Positions 18,829-28,692 of a stretch of 64,000 bases of DNA are shown here, piece after piece. Position numbers and translations under genes: made by a program. The stretch comes from an uncultured delta proteobacterium (GTDB taxonomy: Bacteria; Desulfobacterota; Binatia; Binatales; Binataceae). The first letter of the stretch is position 1. Each line of letters begins with the position of its first letter. The notes beneath the pieces are model-generated. The model was not told the DNA's origin. It was given only the letters and a program-made list of their open reading frames with translations, and did not search any database. The DNA lies in assembly GCA_963850125.1 (NCBI GenBank), contig CAWKKB010000005.1, positions 35,807 through 99,806 on the forward strand, given 5' to 3'.

Positions 18829-19674
18829 TCACCCCTTCAACGAATCAACGAATTGTTCGATGGTGGCGTTGTACTCGGAAGGGCGCTCGCGCGGAATGTA
18901 ATGACCGGCGTCCGCGATGACTTTCGCAGTCGCGCCACGAATTTTGCCCGCGATAAACTCCGCGTCGGCCGGAGTCGTCCCCTTGTCGTCGGCGCCGGCG
19001 ATCACCAGCGTCGGTTTTTCGATCTTTCCGATCGCGTCGCGCAGATCGACTTGCGAGCACGCGAGGATATCGGTGTAGCGCACGCGCGGGTCAGTCTTGA
19101 TTTGTTCCATCCAGCCTTCGCGCACGACGTCGAAGTTTTCCTTAACCGTCTTAGGCGAGTAGCCGTCGGTATTGAATGCCTGCGGCGCACGACCCATCGT
19201 GATCGCCCGCAATTCCTCGATTCGATCGGGTGTGAGGTTGAACTTCGGCGCCGTGCAACTGAGGATCAACCCCTCGGCGCGCGCGGCATGCCGCAGCCCG
19301 AGATCCATCGCAATCGCCCCGCCCATCGAATGCCCCAGTATCACCGCCGACTTGATCTTCAGCGCGTTGAGAAACGCGGCAACAAAATCGGCGTAGTCCT
19401 GGACCGTCCGCAACCCCTCGACCCCCGCCGATCGTCCATGCCCCGGCAGGTCGAGCGCAATCGGACTGTGCTTTCCGCCGAACGCCTCTATCTGCCGATG
19501 CCACGTGTGACCGTTCGATCCGGCGCCATGCACGAACAAAATTTTGCGCCCGCGCGAAAAGTCCGGCACCACGTCCGGCAGCGTCGTCGCGCCATTGTAG
19601 TAGTAGTAAGTCGCGTATCCCTTAACCTCAGTGTATTTGGTCTGCGTTGCCATCGGCGCGAAACTCTCCGCCAT
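18829..19674 (-). CDS. Alpha/beta hydrolase
   Basis: FVHGAG, DLPGHGRS, GHSMGG nucleophile elbow, GADD, AGHY. Confidence 0.93.
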   Translation of the reverse strand: MAESFAPMATQTKYTEVKGYATYYYYNGATTLPDVVPDFSRGRKILFVHGAGSNGHTWHRQIEAFGGKHSPIALDLPGHGRSAGVEGLRTVQDYADFVAAFLNALKIKSAVILGHSMGGAIAMDLGLRHAARAEGLILSCTAPKFNLTPDRIEELRAITMGRAPQAFNTDGYSPKTVKENFDVVREGWMEQIKTDPRVRYTDILACSQVDLRDAIGKIEKPTLVIAGADDKGTTPADAEFIAGKIRGATAKVIADAGHYIPRERPSEYNATIEQFVDSLKG

Positions 19675-19728
19675 GTGCTTTTGTGCGTTAGCTATTAGGT
19701 TGACCGCGCGCTTGTCAAACTGCCGGAC

Positions 19729-20532
19729 TCAGCTATCGCGCCGACCGATGATCAGCGGCTCGTGCTGCGTCAGGGTTTGCGGCACGCCGGCCTTCGCGAG
19801 TTCCGCGAGCATCGCGTCGGCGCGGTCGCGCTCGGGTTCCGGTATCAACGGCATCCACCTGATTCTGATCCACTCGTCGATATCCGCCCACGTGACCGTG
19901 AACGGCGCCGCGCGTTCCTCGACCCGCAGACCCGCCTTGACGAACGCATTCTGGTAGCGATCTTTGGGCCGCGCATCGGCTTCGCGCCGCGCGGCGCGCC
20001 GGAAGATCACTTCGCGATATTCGCGCCATCGCTGCTCGCCGACTAGCGCACTCAGCATCTGCCGTACGCCGTCGTCGCGCTGTCCGGTTGCGATCAGCAC
20101 CCCGCCCGGTTGGAGGGATCGCACGAACTCCGCGACGACGCCCTCGACGTCTCCGACGAACTGCAGTACGTGACTCGCGAAAATAAAATCGAACGACTCA
20201 GTCTTGAACGGCAGTTGCGCGACGTTCGCGCGCGCCAGCCGGCATTGCGCGCCGATTCGATTGCGCGCCGACAGCAGCATGTCGAAGGTCAGGTCGACGC
20301 CCGTGACGCCGCGACTACCCGGCGCCGCGACGAACTTCGTCAGGTAGGCACCGTTGCCGCATCCGACGTCGAGCACCTCGCGCGCATCCGCGAACTCCGG
20401 CGCGATCGCTTCGAGCACGGCACTGCGTCGATTCCCATAGTACGCGCCGTCGCCGTAAGTGTCGGACAAACGGCTGAAGTACGCGGCTATCTGTGCAGGC
20501 CTTCTATTTAGCGAAACTTCGTCTGCGGCCAT
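19729..20532 (-). CDS. Class I SAM-dependent methyltransferase
   Basis: VLDVGCGNG, GVD, LPFKTESFD; start placed at MAADEV. Confidence 0.88.
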   Translation of the reverse strand: MAADEVSLNRRPAQIAAYFSRLSDTYGDGAYYGNRRSAVLEAIAPEFADAREVLDVGCGNGAYLTKFVAAPGSRGVTGVDLTFDMLLSARNRIGAQCRLARANVAQLPFKTESFDFIFASHVLQFVGDVEGVVAEFVRSLQPGGVLIATGQRDDGVRQMLSALVGEQRWREYREVIFRRAARREADARPKDRYQNAFVKAGLRVEERAAPFTVTWADIDEWIRIRWMPLIPEPERDRADAMLAELAKAGVPQTLTQHEPLIIGRRDS

Positions 20533-20578
20533 ATCGGCGAGAATGGCAGAAAAGCGGACGCCTGGAAAAGTTGGCGGG

Positions 20579-20830
20579 CTACTTGCGCGGCTTGCGGCCT
20601 TTCGCTTTGCGAGTCGGCGTGGTGTGTCCGTCGTCCTCGATTGGACCGCCTTGCTCGTGCTCCCATACTTCGATTGCCGCACGGCTGAAGCGCCACGCAC
20701 TGCCGACGCGGAAGCCAGGTATTCGTCCTTCGCGCAGCAAGCGGTAGATCGTGGTCGGATGAACCCGAAGATGCGCCGACAACTCTGTGATGGTCAAGAT
20801 TTCTTCGGCGGATGCCATCGTAAACGCCAA
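20579..20830 (-). CDS. Excisionase-like (HTH_17/Xis) DNA-binding protein
   Basis: LTITELSAHLRVHPTTIYRLLREGRIPGFRVGSAWRF; basic tail. Confidence 0.88.
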   Translation of the reverse strand: MAFTMASAEEILTITELSAHLRVHPTTIYRLLREGRIPGFRVGSAWRFSRAAIEVWEHEQGGPIEDDGHTTPTRKAKGRKPRK

Positions 20831-20912
20831 GCGTCCCGTTTGGAAGATCTCCGGGTTCCCCTTTAACCAAGCATATCGCTCAATGTCGCATAAAAACCCG
20901 CCTTCCAGCCTC

Positions 20913-20929
20913 TAACCGTGCCACGGTTA
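20913..20929. promoter_or_regulatory. Candidate palindromic operator upstream of the Xis-like gene
   Basis: TAACCGT-GCC-ACGGTTA in a divergent intergenic region. Confidence 0.35.
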
Positions 20930-21046
20930 AGTCAATACTGCTGATTTCAGCCCATCAGGGGTCGCCAATCTTGGCGAAGGTGAGTCAGGGTGCGTTATGG
21001 TTAGCGAGAGATACGCAGAAGAGAGGCTTGGTTCAAGGCGACAACG

Positions 21047-21736
21047 ATGACTCCCGATCTTCAGTTGAGAACGATGTTCGCGATGGACTCGCACCGCCGG
21101 ATCACGGCGTCTGCTGACACGAGCGCGCGCCCCGCCCCTTTGTTCGTGCTGATTCGCGGCACATCAAACGTTGCCTGGGGCGTGCGGAACGATGTCGCCA
21201 GAGAAATTGCCGATGAACTCGATCGGCTGGCCAGCGAGGAACCGCCAATCACAGATTTTCATGATCCGCCGATACATGCCGATGCATACCTGGCGCTCGC
21301 GGGTGGTCACATCTCGTCAGGTCCGGCGTTCGGATTTCCCGGCGAAATTGTGCAGCCCACCGATATCAAGCTGATTGACAGGTTGGATTTGCTCGAACGC
21401 AATTTTCGAGGATGGATCGCGGGCGAGATTCCCGGATGTTCACCGATAGTAACGGTCATGGACAACGGTTACCCGGTCAGCGTTTGCTTTTGCGCGACAA
21501 AGAATTCAGCGCCTGCGGTCGAGGCGGGCGTGGAAACGGCCGCCGCTTTTCGCGGACGCGGACTCGCAGCACGAGTAACTGCAGCGTGGGCTTGCGCCGT
21601 TCGAGCCTCTGGACGAATCCCGCTCTACAGCACCTGGTGGAGCAACACGGCGTCCCTCGCGGTTGCCCGTAAGCTGGGTCTCGTGCAATACGCCAGCGAC
21701 TGGAGTCTAGTTGAGAACAGTAAACCAGGAGGCTGA
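21047..21736 (+). CDS. GNAT-family acetyltransferase
   Basis: EAGVET..FRGRGLA; LYST...NTASLAVARKLG. Confidence 0.8.
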   Translation: MTPDLQLRTMFAMDSHRRITASADTSARPAPLFVLIRGTSNVAWGVRNDVAREIADELDRLASEEPPITDFHDPPIHADAYLALAGGHISSGPAFGFPGEIVQPTDIKLIDRLDLLERNFRGWIAGEIPGCSPIVTVMDNGYPVSVCFCATKNSAPAVEAGVETAAAFRGRGLAARVTAAWACAVRASGRIPLYSTWWSNTASLAVARKLGLVQYASDWSLVENSKPGG

Positions 21737-21804
21737 GGCTACTTCGGCCTTCTTCAAGGCGCGATTCATCGAGCACGATGCTCACATCGTGGAGGCGACC
21801 CGCA

Positions 21805-22611
21805 ATGGAATACCAGGCGATTGAAATCAAAAATGACGGCGCGGTGGCGTGGCTGACGCTGAACCGTCCTCACAACCTCAACGCGCTCAGCGCGCAAATG
21901 GTCGCCGAGCTCGAAGACTTTCTGCATCGGCTGCCGAAGCAGAGCGAGACGCGCGTGGTCGTGATGAAGGGTGCGGGCCGCGCGTTTTGCGCCGGGCTCG
22001 ATCTCAAGGAACAAAACCGCGGCGGCACCGGACTGGGTGCATCGACCACCGACACGGTCGAAAGCCAGCGCCGGATGAGCGATCTGGTCGTCGCGATTCG
22101 ACGCGCGCCGCAGCCGTTCATCGCCGCAATCCGCGGACCCGCGGCCGGCGGCGGCTTCGCGCTCGCGCTCGCATGCGACGTGCGCATCGCGGGCGAGTCG
22201 GCGCGTTTCAACGCCGCCTTCATCCGGATCGGACTGACTGCGTGTGACATGGGTGTCAGTTACTTTCTGCCGCGTGCGGTCGGCACCTCGGTCGCGTCCG
22301 AGCTGATGCTGACGGGACGTTTCATCAACGCGCAGCGCGCATTCGCGACCGGGCTGGTATCGGAGCTGATGCCTGACGCTGAAGTCGATGCGGCGGCGGC
22401 CAAGCTCGCGCTCGAGATGACGGAAACCTCGCCGCTGGGATTGCGCCTGACGAAGGAATGTTTGTCGATGAGCATCGACGCCGGCAGCCTCGAGCAGGCG
22501 GTCGCGATGGAAGATCGCAACCAGGTGTTATGCGTTCGCGCCGGCTATATCGAGGAAGGTGCGCGCGCGTTTCTCGAGAAGCGCAAACCTCGGTATGCTC
22601 CGCGCGCCTGA
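21805..22611 (+). CDS. Enoyl-CoA hydratase/isomerase
   Basis: LNRP..LNAL, AFCAGLD, GPAAGGG..LALACD, DMG, FLEKRKP. Confidence 0.95.
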   Translation: MEYQAIEIKNDGAVAWLTLNRPHNLNALSAQMVAELEDFLHRLPKQSETRVVVMKGAGRAFCAGLDLKEQNRGGTGLGASTTDTVESQRRMSDLVVAIRRAPQPFIAAIRGPAAGGGFALALACDVRIAGESARFNAAFIRIGLTACDMGVSYFLPRAVGTSVASELMLTGRFINAQRAFATGLVSELMPDAEVDAAAAKLALEMTETSPLGLRLTKECLSMSIDAGSLEQAVAMEDRNQVLCVRAGYIEEGARAFLEKRKPRYAPRA

Positions 22612-22624
22612 TTGATACCGGGCA

Positions 22625-23557
22625 ATGGCCGAACCTGACAAATGGTCGCGATGGCTGGCTGAGACGCGCTTCGGCAGCGATCAGAAAGCCGCGGAATTGC
22701 AAATGCGCGGCCTCACCAAGTTGCGAAACAGGCTGCTCAAAAAGGCGGGACTCGGCGAAGGCAAGGTCGTGCTCGACGTCGGCGCGGGCGAAGGATTGAT
22801 GGGATTCGGTGCGTTGGAATCGGTCGGCGCGACGGGACGGATCATCTTCTCGGATATTTCGGAACCACTGGTCGAGTTTACTCGCGCGGCGGCCGAACAG
22901 ATGGGAGTGCTCGATCGATGCTCCTTCGTGGTGGCCGGGGCCGAGGACTTGAGCGCTGTCGAGAGTGAATCGGTCGATCTCGTCACGACCCGTTCGGTCC
23001 TTATTTATGTCGATGACAAGCCGCGCGCGTTCCGGGAATTTCTCCGAGTGCTGAAGCCCGGAGGACGGACGGCATTGTTCGAGCCGATCGACGATCGACG
23101 GATGACCGAGTATTCCCAATACTGGCGGAGAAGGTTTTGGGTCGATCCCGATTCGAAGGAAGGCGCGCCGGTCAGGGACTTGCTCGAGCGCCTGGACCAG
23201 CATTGGGAGAAACGATACGGGCACGTCAACGAGGCGATGCTCAACTTCAACGAACGCGATCTTGTAATGATGTCTATCGCCGCGGGCTTCGCGGGCGTAC
23301 ACGTTGAACTCGATCTGGGCGCCGGCCCGATGCCGCCGATGAATTGGGACACGTTGATGAAATCATCGGGTAATCCGCTGATTCCGACCAACGGAGAAGT
23401 GATTCGGGAAGTATTCAACGCGGAAGAGCAAGCGAGATTCGAACAGCATCTGCGGCCGCAGGTCGAGCGCGGCGGCAACCTGTGGCGCGCTCATGGCTCG
23501 TTCACATGGGCGTTCAAAGCACCGATTCCCAAAGAGCCCTGGCCGGAAGAGCCCTAA
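22625..23557 (+). CDS. Class I SAM-dependent methyltransferase
   Basis: VLDVGAGEG, SDIS, AEDL, RSVLIY, LKPGGR. Confidence 0.88.
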   Translation: MAEPDKWSRWLAETRFGSDQKAAELQMRGLTKLRNRLLKKAGLGEGKVVLDVGAGEGLMGFGALESVGATGRIIFSDISEPLVEFTRAAAEQMGVLDRCSFVVAGAEDLSAVESESVDLVTTRSVLIYVDDKPRAFREFLRVLKPGGRTALFEPIDDRRMTEYSQYWRRRFWVDPDSKEGAPVRDLLERLDQHWEKRYGHVNEAMLNFNERDLVMMSIAAGFAGVHVELDLGAGPMPPMNWDTLMKSSGNPLIPTNGEVIREVFNAEEQARFEQHLRPQVERGGNLWRAHGSFTWAFKAPIPKEPWPEEP

Positions 23558-23571
23558 TTCTGCGCGAAGAT

Positions 23572-23605
23572 GAAAAAGAAAGGGGCGGTTCGATGAACCG
23601 CCCCT
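23572..23605 (-). terminator. Intrinsic terminator
   Basis: AGGGGCGGTTC-GAT-GAACCGCCCCT preceded by an A-rich tract (U-tract on the minus strand). Confidence 0.75.
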
Positions 23606-23633
23606 GAATCGATCACTACAAAGCTCCGGTCGA

Positions 23634-24824
23634 TTACCGGCTCGCCACCGTCTGCAGTTCGCCCATCCGCGCCATCAGGTATTCCGGCTGGCCGTTATGC
23701 CATACGCGGAATTGCACGCGCTGACCGGGAGAATACTGTGCGACCAGGTTGGTCAACGCCTTCCCGTCGGGAATCGTTTTGCCGTCAAATTCGCTGATCA
23801 CGTCGCCCGCCTTGATCCCCGCCTTGTCCGCCGGCGATCCGATGATCACGCTCTTGACCTTTGCGCCCCAGACTGCGGGAGCCGACGCCGTCGCTACACC
23901 GAAGAAGGCAGGACCACCGGCAGGCCGAACATCCGGATGGAGGAAGTGAACCTGATTCACGCCGTTCACGGTGTGCACGATATGTGAGATCTTGCGCGCT
24001 TCATCCAGGCTGTAGACTTCGCCCGCCAGGTACGCGTCGCCCTTCTTCGATACGGACACGCCGATGTCGGGGAAGGCACGCGTCTTGAGCGTGTCCTTGA
24101 TTTTTGTTTCGAGCTCGTCGGTCTTGAGAGCCGGCTGCGCCGACGCCGACGCCAACGCCTGCTGCGCATCGATATCCGGAACGATGACCAGCGTCGATAT
24201 CAGGTCGTCCTCATTCTTGATCGGCGAAGATGCCTTGAGCGCCGGCGTCGCGATGCTCTGCGCCATCATCAGACCCGGATGCTCGTTGACGATCGGCACG
24301 TGCATCATCAGCACCGCCACCAGCACCATCAGCGCAGTGCCCATCGCGGTGAAGGCGTAGTCGCGCCTCAGTGCATGACGATTACGAATCGCCTCGTAAG
24401 GCACCAGGGCCATGCTCGATTCGAGGTCATCGTCTTCTTGAACCTCGGCAATCTCCGTCGTCATCTCGGGAAAGTCCTGCTGGTAGGCTTTCTCAGCGGC
24501 CGCGATTCGCTCGAGATCTTCGAACGTGCGCGGAATGCCGTCGATCACCGCGACGAAATCACTGTTCGCCGAAAACTCGGCGTTCGCTTCGTCGCGCTGA
24601 GCGGAAACACTCGCGCTTTCATCTGCCGACTCGAGATCGCCTATCACCGTTCTCTCGTCCTCGCGCTCGGCCGTGGCTGAAAAGTCGACGTATTGAACGT
24701 TGCCCTCAGCTACGGTTTCGCTCCTGAGCTCGCCAGCTTCTTCCCTCTTCCGCTTGAAACGCATGAGCGCTTCTTCCAGCGTCAAGATGGTCTCAGTTGG
24801 CTTGCTGCCTCCGTTCTTGCTCAT
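23634..24824 (-). CDS. Membrane protein: acidic N-terminal region, one TM, BON and PDZ domains
   Basis: TM YAFTAMG..LMM; BON-like IGVSVSKKGDAYLAGEV...VNGVNQV; PDZ GSPADKAGIKAGDVISEFDG. Confidence 0.8.
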   Translation of the reverse strand: MSKNGGSKPTETILTLEEALMRFKRKREEAGELRSETVAEGNVQYVDFSATAEREDERTVIGDLESADESASVSAQRDEANAEFSANSDFVAVIDGIPRTFEDLERIAAAEKAYQQDFPEMTTEIAEVQEDDDLESSMALVPYEAIRNRHALRRDYAFTAMGTALMVLVAVLMMHVPIVNEHPGLMMAQSIATPALKASSPIKNEDDLISTLVIVPDIDAQQALASASAQPALKTDELETKIKDTLKTRAFPDIGVSVSKKGDAYLAGEVYSLDEARKISHIVHTVNGVNQVHFLHPDVRPAGGPAFFGVATASAPAVWGAKVKSVIIGSPADKAGIKAGDVISEFDGKTIPDGKALTNLVAQYSPGQRVQFRVWHNGQPEYLMARMGELQTVASR

Positions 24825-24984
24825 CGCAGCACCGCCTCCTAGTTTAATTAGGTTCTCCCGAAGTTAATCGGAGGACCCCTACTACAGATAGCAGGGAATT
24901 ATGTCTAGGCCAACCATGGATCGGACAATTGCTAACAGCAATAACCAGGCGCTTTTGAAGTGATCTAACTATCGTTAGATAGCT

Positions 24985-26316
24985 TCAGATAGCTTCGCTC
25001 ACCGCGTCTTCGCGCTGGGTCGGCTTCGGCCGCGATGCCAGCGGGGAGTAGTGGCGAATCGATTCGCCGACGTAGACCTGGCGCGGCCGCGCGATCTTTT
25101 GCTCGGAATCGCGCACCATTTCAGCCCATTGCGCCATCCATCCCGAAGTCCGCGGAATCGCGAACAACACCGGAAACATCGTCATCGGGAAGCCCATCGC
25201 CTGGTAGATAATCCCCGAATAGAAATCCACGTTGGGATACAGCTTGTGCGAGATGAAGTAGTCGTCCTGCAGTGCGATCCGCTCCAGCTCGACTGCAATA
25301 TCGATTAGCGGGTTGCGGCCGGTTACCTCGAACACCTGCGCCGCCATCTCCTTGAGGATTTTCGCACGCGGATCGTAGTTTTTGTACACGCGATGCCCAA
25401 AGCCCATCAGCCGGCGCTCGCCCTCCTTCACCTTCCTTATCATGGCGGGAATGTTCGATACCGAGCCGATCTCCATCAGCATCCGGATTGCGGCTTCGTT
25501 CGCGCCGCCATGCAGGGGGCCGTAAAGCGCGGCTACCGCCGCGGCCGCGCACGCGTAGGGGTCGGGCTGCGAGCTACCCACCGCACGCATAGCGTTGGCG
25601 GAGCAGTTCTGTTCGTGATCCGCATGCAGGATGAACAGCACGTCGAGTGCGCGCTCGAGCACCGGGTTGGGCTTGTACTTGAGCTCCGTCATTTTGAACA
25701 GCATCGAGAGTACGTTACCGGTGTAGCTGAGGTCGTTGTCGGGATAGACGTAGGGCAGGCCCTTGATGTGCCGATACGCGAACGCCGCCAGCGTCGGCAT
25801 CTTGCCGATAAGCCTGCGCGTCTGCAGCCGGCGCGATTCGAGGTCATGAATATCGTTGGCGTCGGGATAAAAGGTCGAGAGCGCGCCGACCGTCCCGAGC
25901 AGCATTCCCATCGGATGCGCGTCGTAGCGGTATCCCTCCATAAACTTCTTGATATTCTCATGCACCATCGTGTGAATCTTGATGTTGTTCTCCCAGCGGT
26001 CGTAGTGCTCGCGATCGGGCAACTCGCCCTTGACGATCAGGTACGCAACCTCGAGGTAGTTGCTCTTCTCGGCCAGTTCCTCGATCGGATATCCGCGGTA
26101 GCGCAGGATGCCCTTGTCGCCGTCGATGTAAGTGATCCGGCTGCGGCATGACGCGGTGTTGGTGAACGCGGGATCGTAAGACATCAGGCCGAAGTCGTCT
26201 TTGCCGACTTTGATCTGACGCAAATCCGAGGCGCGAATCACGTCGCCTTCTTCGATTGGTAACTCGTATTTCTTGCCGGTCCGATTGTCGGTCACGGTCA
26301 GCGTATTGTTTGCCAT
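24985..26316 (-). CDS. gltA: Citrate synthase
   Basis: YIDGDKGILRYRGY, AHPMG, HADHEQNCS, HGGANEA, GFGHRVYK, YPNVDFYSG. Confidence 0.97.
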   Translation of the reverse strand: MANNTLTVTDNRTGKKYELPIEEGDVIRASDLRQIKVGKDDFGLMSYDPAFTNTASCRSRITYIDGDKGILRYRGYPIEELAEKSNYLEVAYLIVKGELPDREHYDRWENNIKIHTMVHENIKKFMEGYRYDAHPMGMLLGTVGALSTFYPDANDIHDLESRRLQTRRLIGKMPTLAAFAYRHIKGLPYVYPDNDLSYTGNVLSMLFKMTELKYKPNPVLERALDVLFILHADHEQNCSANAMRAVGSSQPDPYACAAAAVAALYGPLHGGANEAAIRMLMEIGSVSNIPAMIRKVKEGERRLMGFGHRVYKNYDPRAKILKEMAAQVFEVTGRNPLIDIAVELERIALQDDYFISHKLYPNVDFYSGIIYQAMGFPMTMFPVLFAIPRTSGWMAQWAEMVRDSEQKIARPRQVYVGESIRHYSPLASRPKPTQREDAVSEAI

Positions 26317-26458
26317 CGACGTTCCCTCGACTTGTTCATGATGTTCGCGTTCAACATAAATACAGTACACCCGATTTTATGTCCAAGGACCAGTCTGCTT
26401 TTTTTAACACGTAGGGCTCATCTCGCAACCGGCGGCGCGCCATGCCACTCTGTCCGAA

Positions 26459-27094
26459 ATGATCGACAAACTGATCAGCGGGCTATCCGCGTTTATCATC
26501 GCGACGATTTCCGCGCTCGGCTACGGCGGCGTCGTGCTGATGATGGCGATCGAGAGCGCATGCATCCCGCTGCCGTCAGAAATCATCATGCCGTTCTCCG
26601 GCTACCTGGTCGCGACCGGACGCTTCGATCTGTTTCTGGTCGCGCTGGCGGGCGCCGTTGGATGCCTGCTCGGCTCGTATGTCGCGTATTTCGTCGGACA
26701 ATACGGTGGACGCCCCTTCATCGAGCGCTACGGCCCTTACGTCCTGATCGCAGAGCACGAACTGGAAATCGCCGATCGCTTTTTCGAGCGATGGGGTTCG
26801 CACACCGTCTTCTGGAGCCGGATGCTGCCTGTTGTCCGCACCTTCATCGCGTTTCCCGCGGGAGTGTCGCGGATGAAGCTCCTGCCATTCACCATCTACA
26901 CCCTGCTCGGGTCGTATCTATGGTGCCTTGCGCTGGCATACGGCGGGATGAAACTTGGCCAGCACTGGGAAGATCTAGCGCCGTACTTTCATCGTTTCGA
27001 CGCACTGCTCGCGGTCCTGTTGATAGTCGGCAGCGCCGCCATCGTCTACAATCGAGTGAAAGGAATCATGACCGCGCGAAGCTCCGCCAATTGA
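26459..27094 (+). CDS. DedA family membrane protein
   Basis: ESACIPLPSEIIMPFSG, RMLPVVRTFIAFPAG. Confidence 0.95.
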   Translation: MIDKLISGLSAFIIATISALGYGGVVLMMAIESACIPLPSEIIMPFSGYLVATGRFDLFLVALAGAVGCLLGSYVAYFVGQYGGRPFIERYGPYVLIAEHELEIADRFFERWGSHTVFWSRMLPVVRTFIAFPAGVSRMKLLPFTIYTLLGSYLWCLALAYGGMKLGQHWEDLAPYFHRFDALLAVLLIVGSAAIVYNRVKGIMTARSSAN

Positions 27095-27121
27095 TCCAAT
27101 CGCGAGCAGGAACAGAACCGA

Positions 27122-27367
27122 ATGCCCGACAAAGAAACGCCCGACCCGTCCGAACTCGAGGAAATTTTCGCCAGTATCGATCCGACTCCGGTCCGGATGG
27201 CGCATGACTACCTGAACGAAGCCGGCATCGAGTCGTTCGTCTTCGACGCGGCGTCGTCGCGGATGCTCGGCACGACCGCCGGCGTTCCGGTGCGCCTGAT
27301 GGTCCATCGCGACGCCGCGAAAGACGCGCGCGACCGCCTGAACGATCTCGGCTTCACGGAAAAGTGA
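27122..27367 (+). CDS. DUF2007-like small protein
   Basis: L.EAGIESFVFD...PVRLMV...A..A..L. Confidence 0.75.
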   Translation: MPDKETPDPSELEEIFASIDPTPVRMAHDYLNEAGIESFVFDAASSRMLGTTAGVPVRLMVHRDAAKDARDRLNDLGFTEK

Positions 27368-27513
27368 GGTATTCTGAGTTCGCGCGGAGGTATCGAACAG
27401 GATTCTCCGCCTACGCGGCTGCCCCTGTACGCCAAAGCCTTCCTGCACTATCTTGAAGCCGAAACGCGCAGGCGGGATGCCGCGCGAATTCGACGAACAC
27501 CGAGGTTATCGCG

Positions 27514-28674
27514 ATGCCATACGCAGAAGGTCGAATCTTCAACGACGCCGACAGCCATATCATGGAGACCCGCGACTGGCTGATTTCCCATGCCGATCCT
27601 GACATCCGCGAAAAGTTGCATCCGCTCGCGATCGGGTCGGGCGGCAGGATGGTCGAGAAGGCGATCGCGCACGCCAACGATCGGCAGAAGGACCCCGCCG
27701 CCGTCGCCGACGCCGAGAAGAACCTGATGCTGCGCAAGGGATGGGAAGCGCTCGGCGCCTTCGATCCCGACGAACGCCGCCGCGCGCTCGATCTGCTCGG
27801 CTTCAGCTCGCAACTGGTCTTCACCACCTTTGCGATTACGCATTTCTGGGGCGAGTTCGACCAGGTTCGCTCGACTCCCGAGGTCCTTTACGGCGGCACT
27901 CGCGCGCACAATCGCGCCATCGCCGACTTCTGCCGCGGCGACAAGCGGCTGCTCGCAGTCGGCTTCATCCCGCTCGACGTTCCGGAGCTGGCGGAAAAGG
28001 AAATCGACGAGGCGATCAAATTGGGATGCGCCGCGATTCATCTGCCTTCGCTGCCGCCCGCGAAAAAATCGCCGACTCATCCCGACTTCAACGGGGTGTG
28101 GGCGCGCCTGCAGGACGCCGACGTTCCCTTCATGCTCCATGTTGGCGGAGGCGGCCGCCCGGTTCCGCGCGCATTTCACAACAACGATCGCCCGGTGACC
28201 GACTTCCTCGGCGGCGGCGAGAACATTCGCTCGAAGGATTTCGTGGCAATCCACATGATGCCGGAAATTTTTCTCTCGACGATGGTCCTCGATGGCATCT
28301 TCGAGCAGTTCCCACGGCTGCGCGGCGGATGTATCGAGCAGGGTGCGATGTGGATCGTGCCGTGGCTGCGGCGTCTCGACATCTCGCAGGAGGCGTTCGT
28401 GAAGTCGGAAAAATATCTGAGCTTGCCGATGAAGGCGTCCGACTACGTGCGCCGTAACCTGCGCTTCACACCCTATCCGCACGAACCGGTAGGATGGATC
28501 GTCGAGCAGGCCGGGCCGGAGCTGTGCATGTTCTCGTCGGACTACCCGCACATCGAGGGCGGACGCAATCCGCTCAAGCGCTTCGAGCTGTCGACGCCGA
28601 ATCTTTCGGAGGCTGCCAGGGAGAGATTCTACGCGACCAACTATGCGGACATGATGGGCTCGCGCGCCGGCTGA
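27514..28674 (+). CDS. Amidohydrolase family 2 protein
   Basis: DADSH, LHVG, EQGAMW, FSSDYPHIEG. Confidence 0.9.
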   Translation: MPYAEGRIFNDADSHIMETRDWLISHADPDIREKLHPLAIGSGGRMVEKAIAHANDRQKDPAAVADAEKNLMLRKGWEALGAFDPDERRRALDLLGFSSQLVFTTFAITHFWGEFDQVRSTPEVLYGGTRAHNRAIADFCRGDKRLLAVGFIPLDVPELAEKEIDEAIKLGCAAIHLPSLPPAKKSPTHPDFNGVWARLQDADVPFMLHVGGGGRPVPRAFHNNDRPVTDFLGGGENIRSKDFVAIHMMPEIFLSTMVLDGIFEQFPRLRGGCIEQGAMWIVPWLRRLDISQEAFVKSEKYLSLPMKASDYVRRNLRFTPYPHEPVGWIVEQAGPELCMFSSDYPHIEGGRNPLKRFELSTPNLSEAARERFYATNYADMMGSRAG

Positions 28675-28692
28675 TTGCTCGGCGGCTCCGCG

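Noticed and set aside
20579-20830. Prophage or ICE suggested by the excisionase-like gene
   Set aside because: No integrase, att-like duplication, tRNA or phage genes nearby
20905-20923. Sigma54 promoter for the Xis-like gene (TGGCACG on the minus strand)
   Set aside because: The GC lies 11 nt, not 10 nt, from the GG and there is no TTGC
24963-24996. 10-bp tandem duplication AGATAGCTTC and small hairpin at the gltA 3' end as an insertion scar
   Set aside because: Too short, with no associated element; could be chance or part of a terminator
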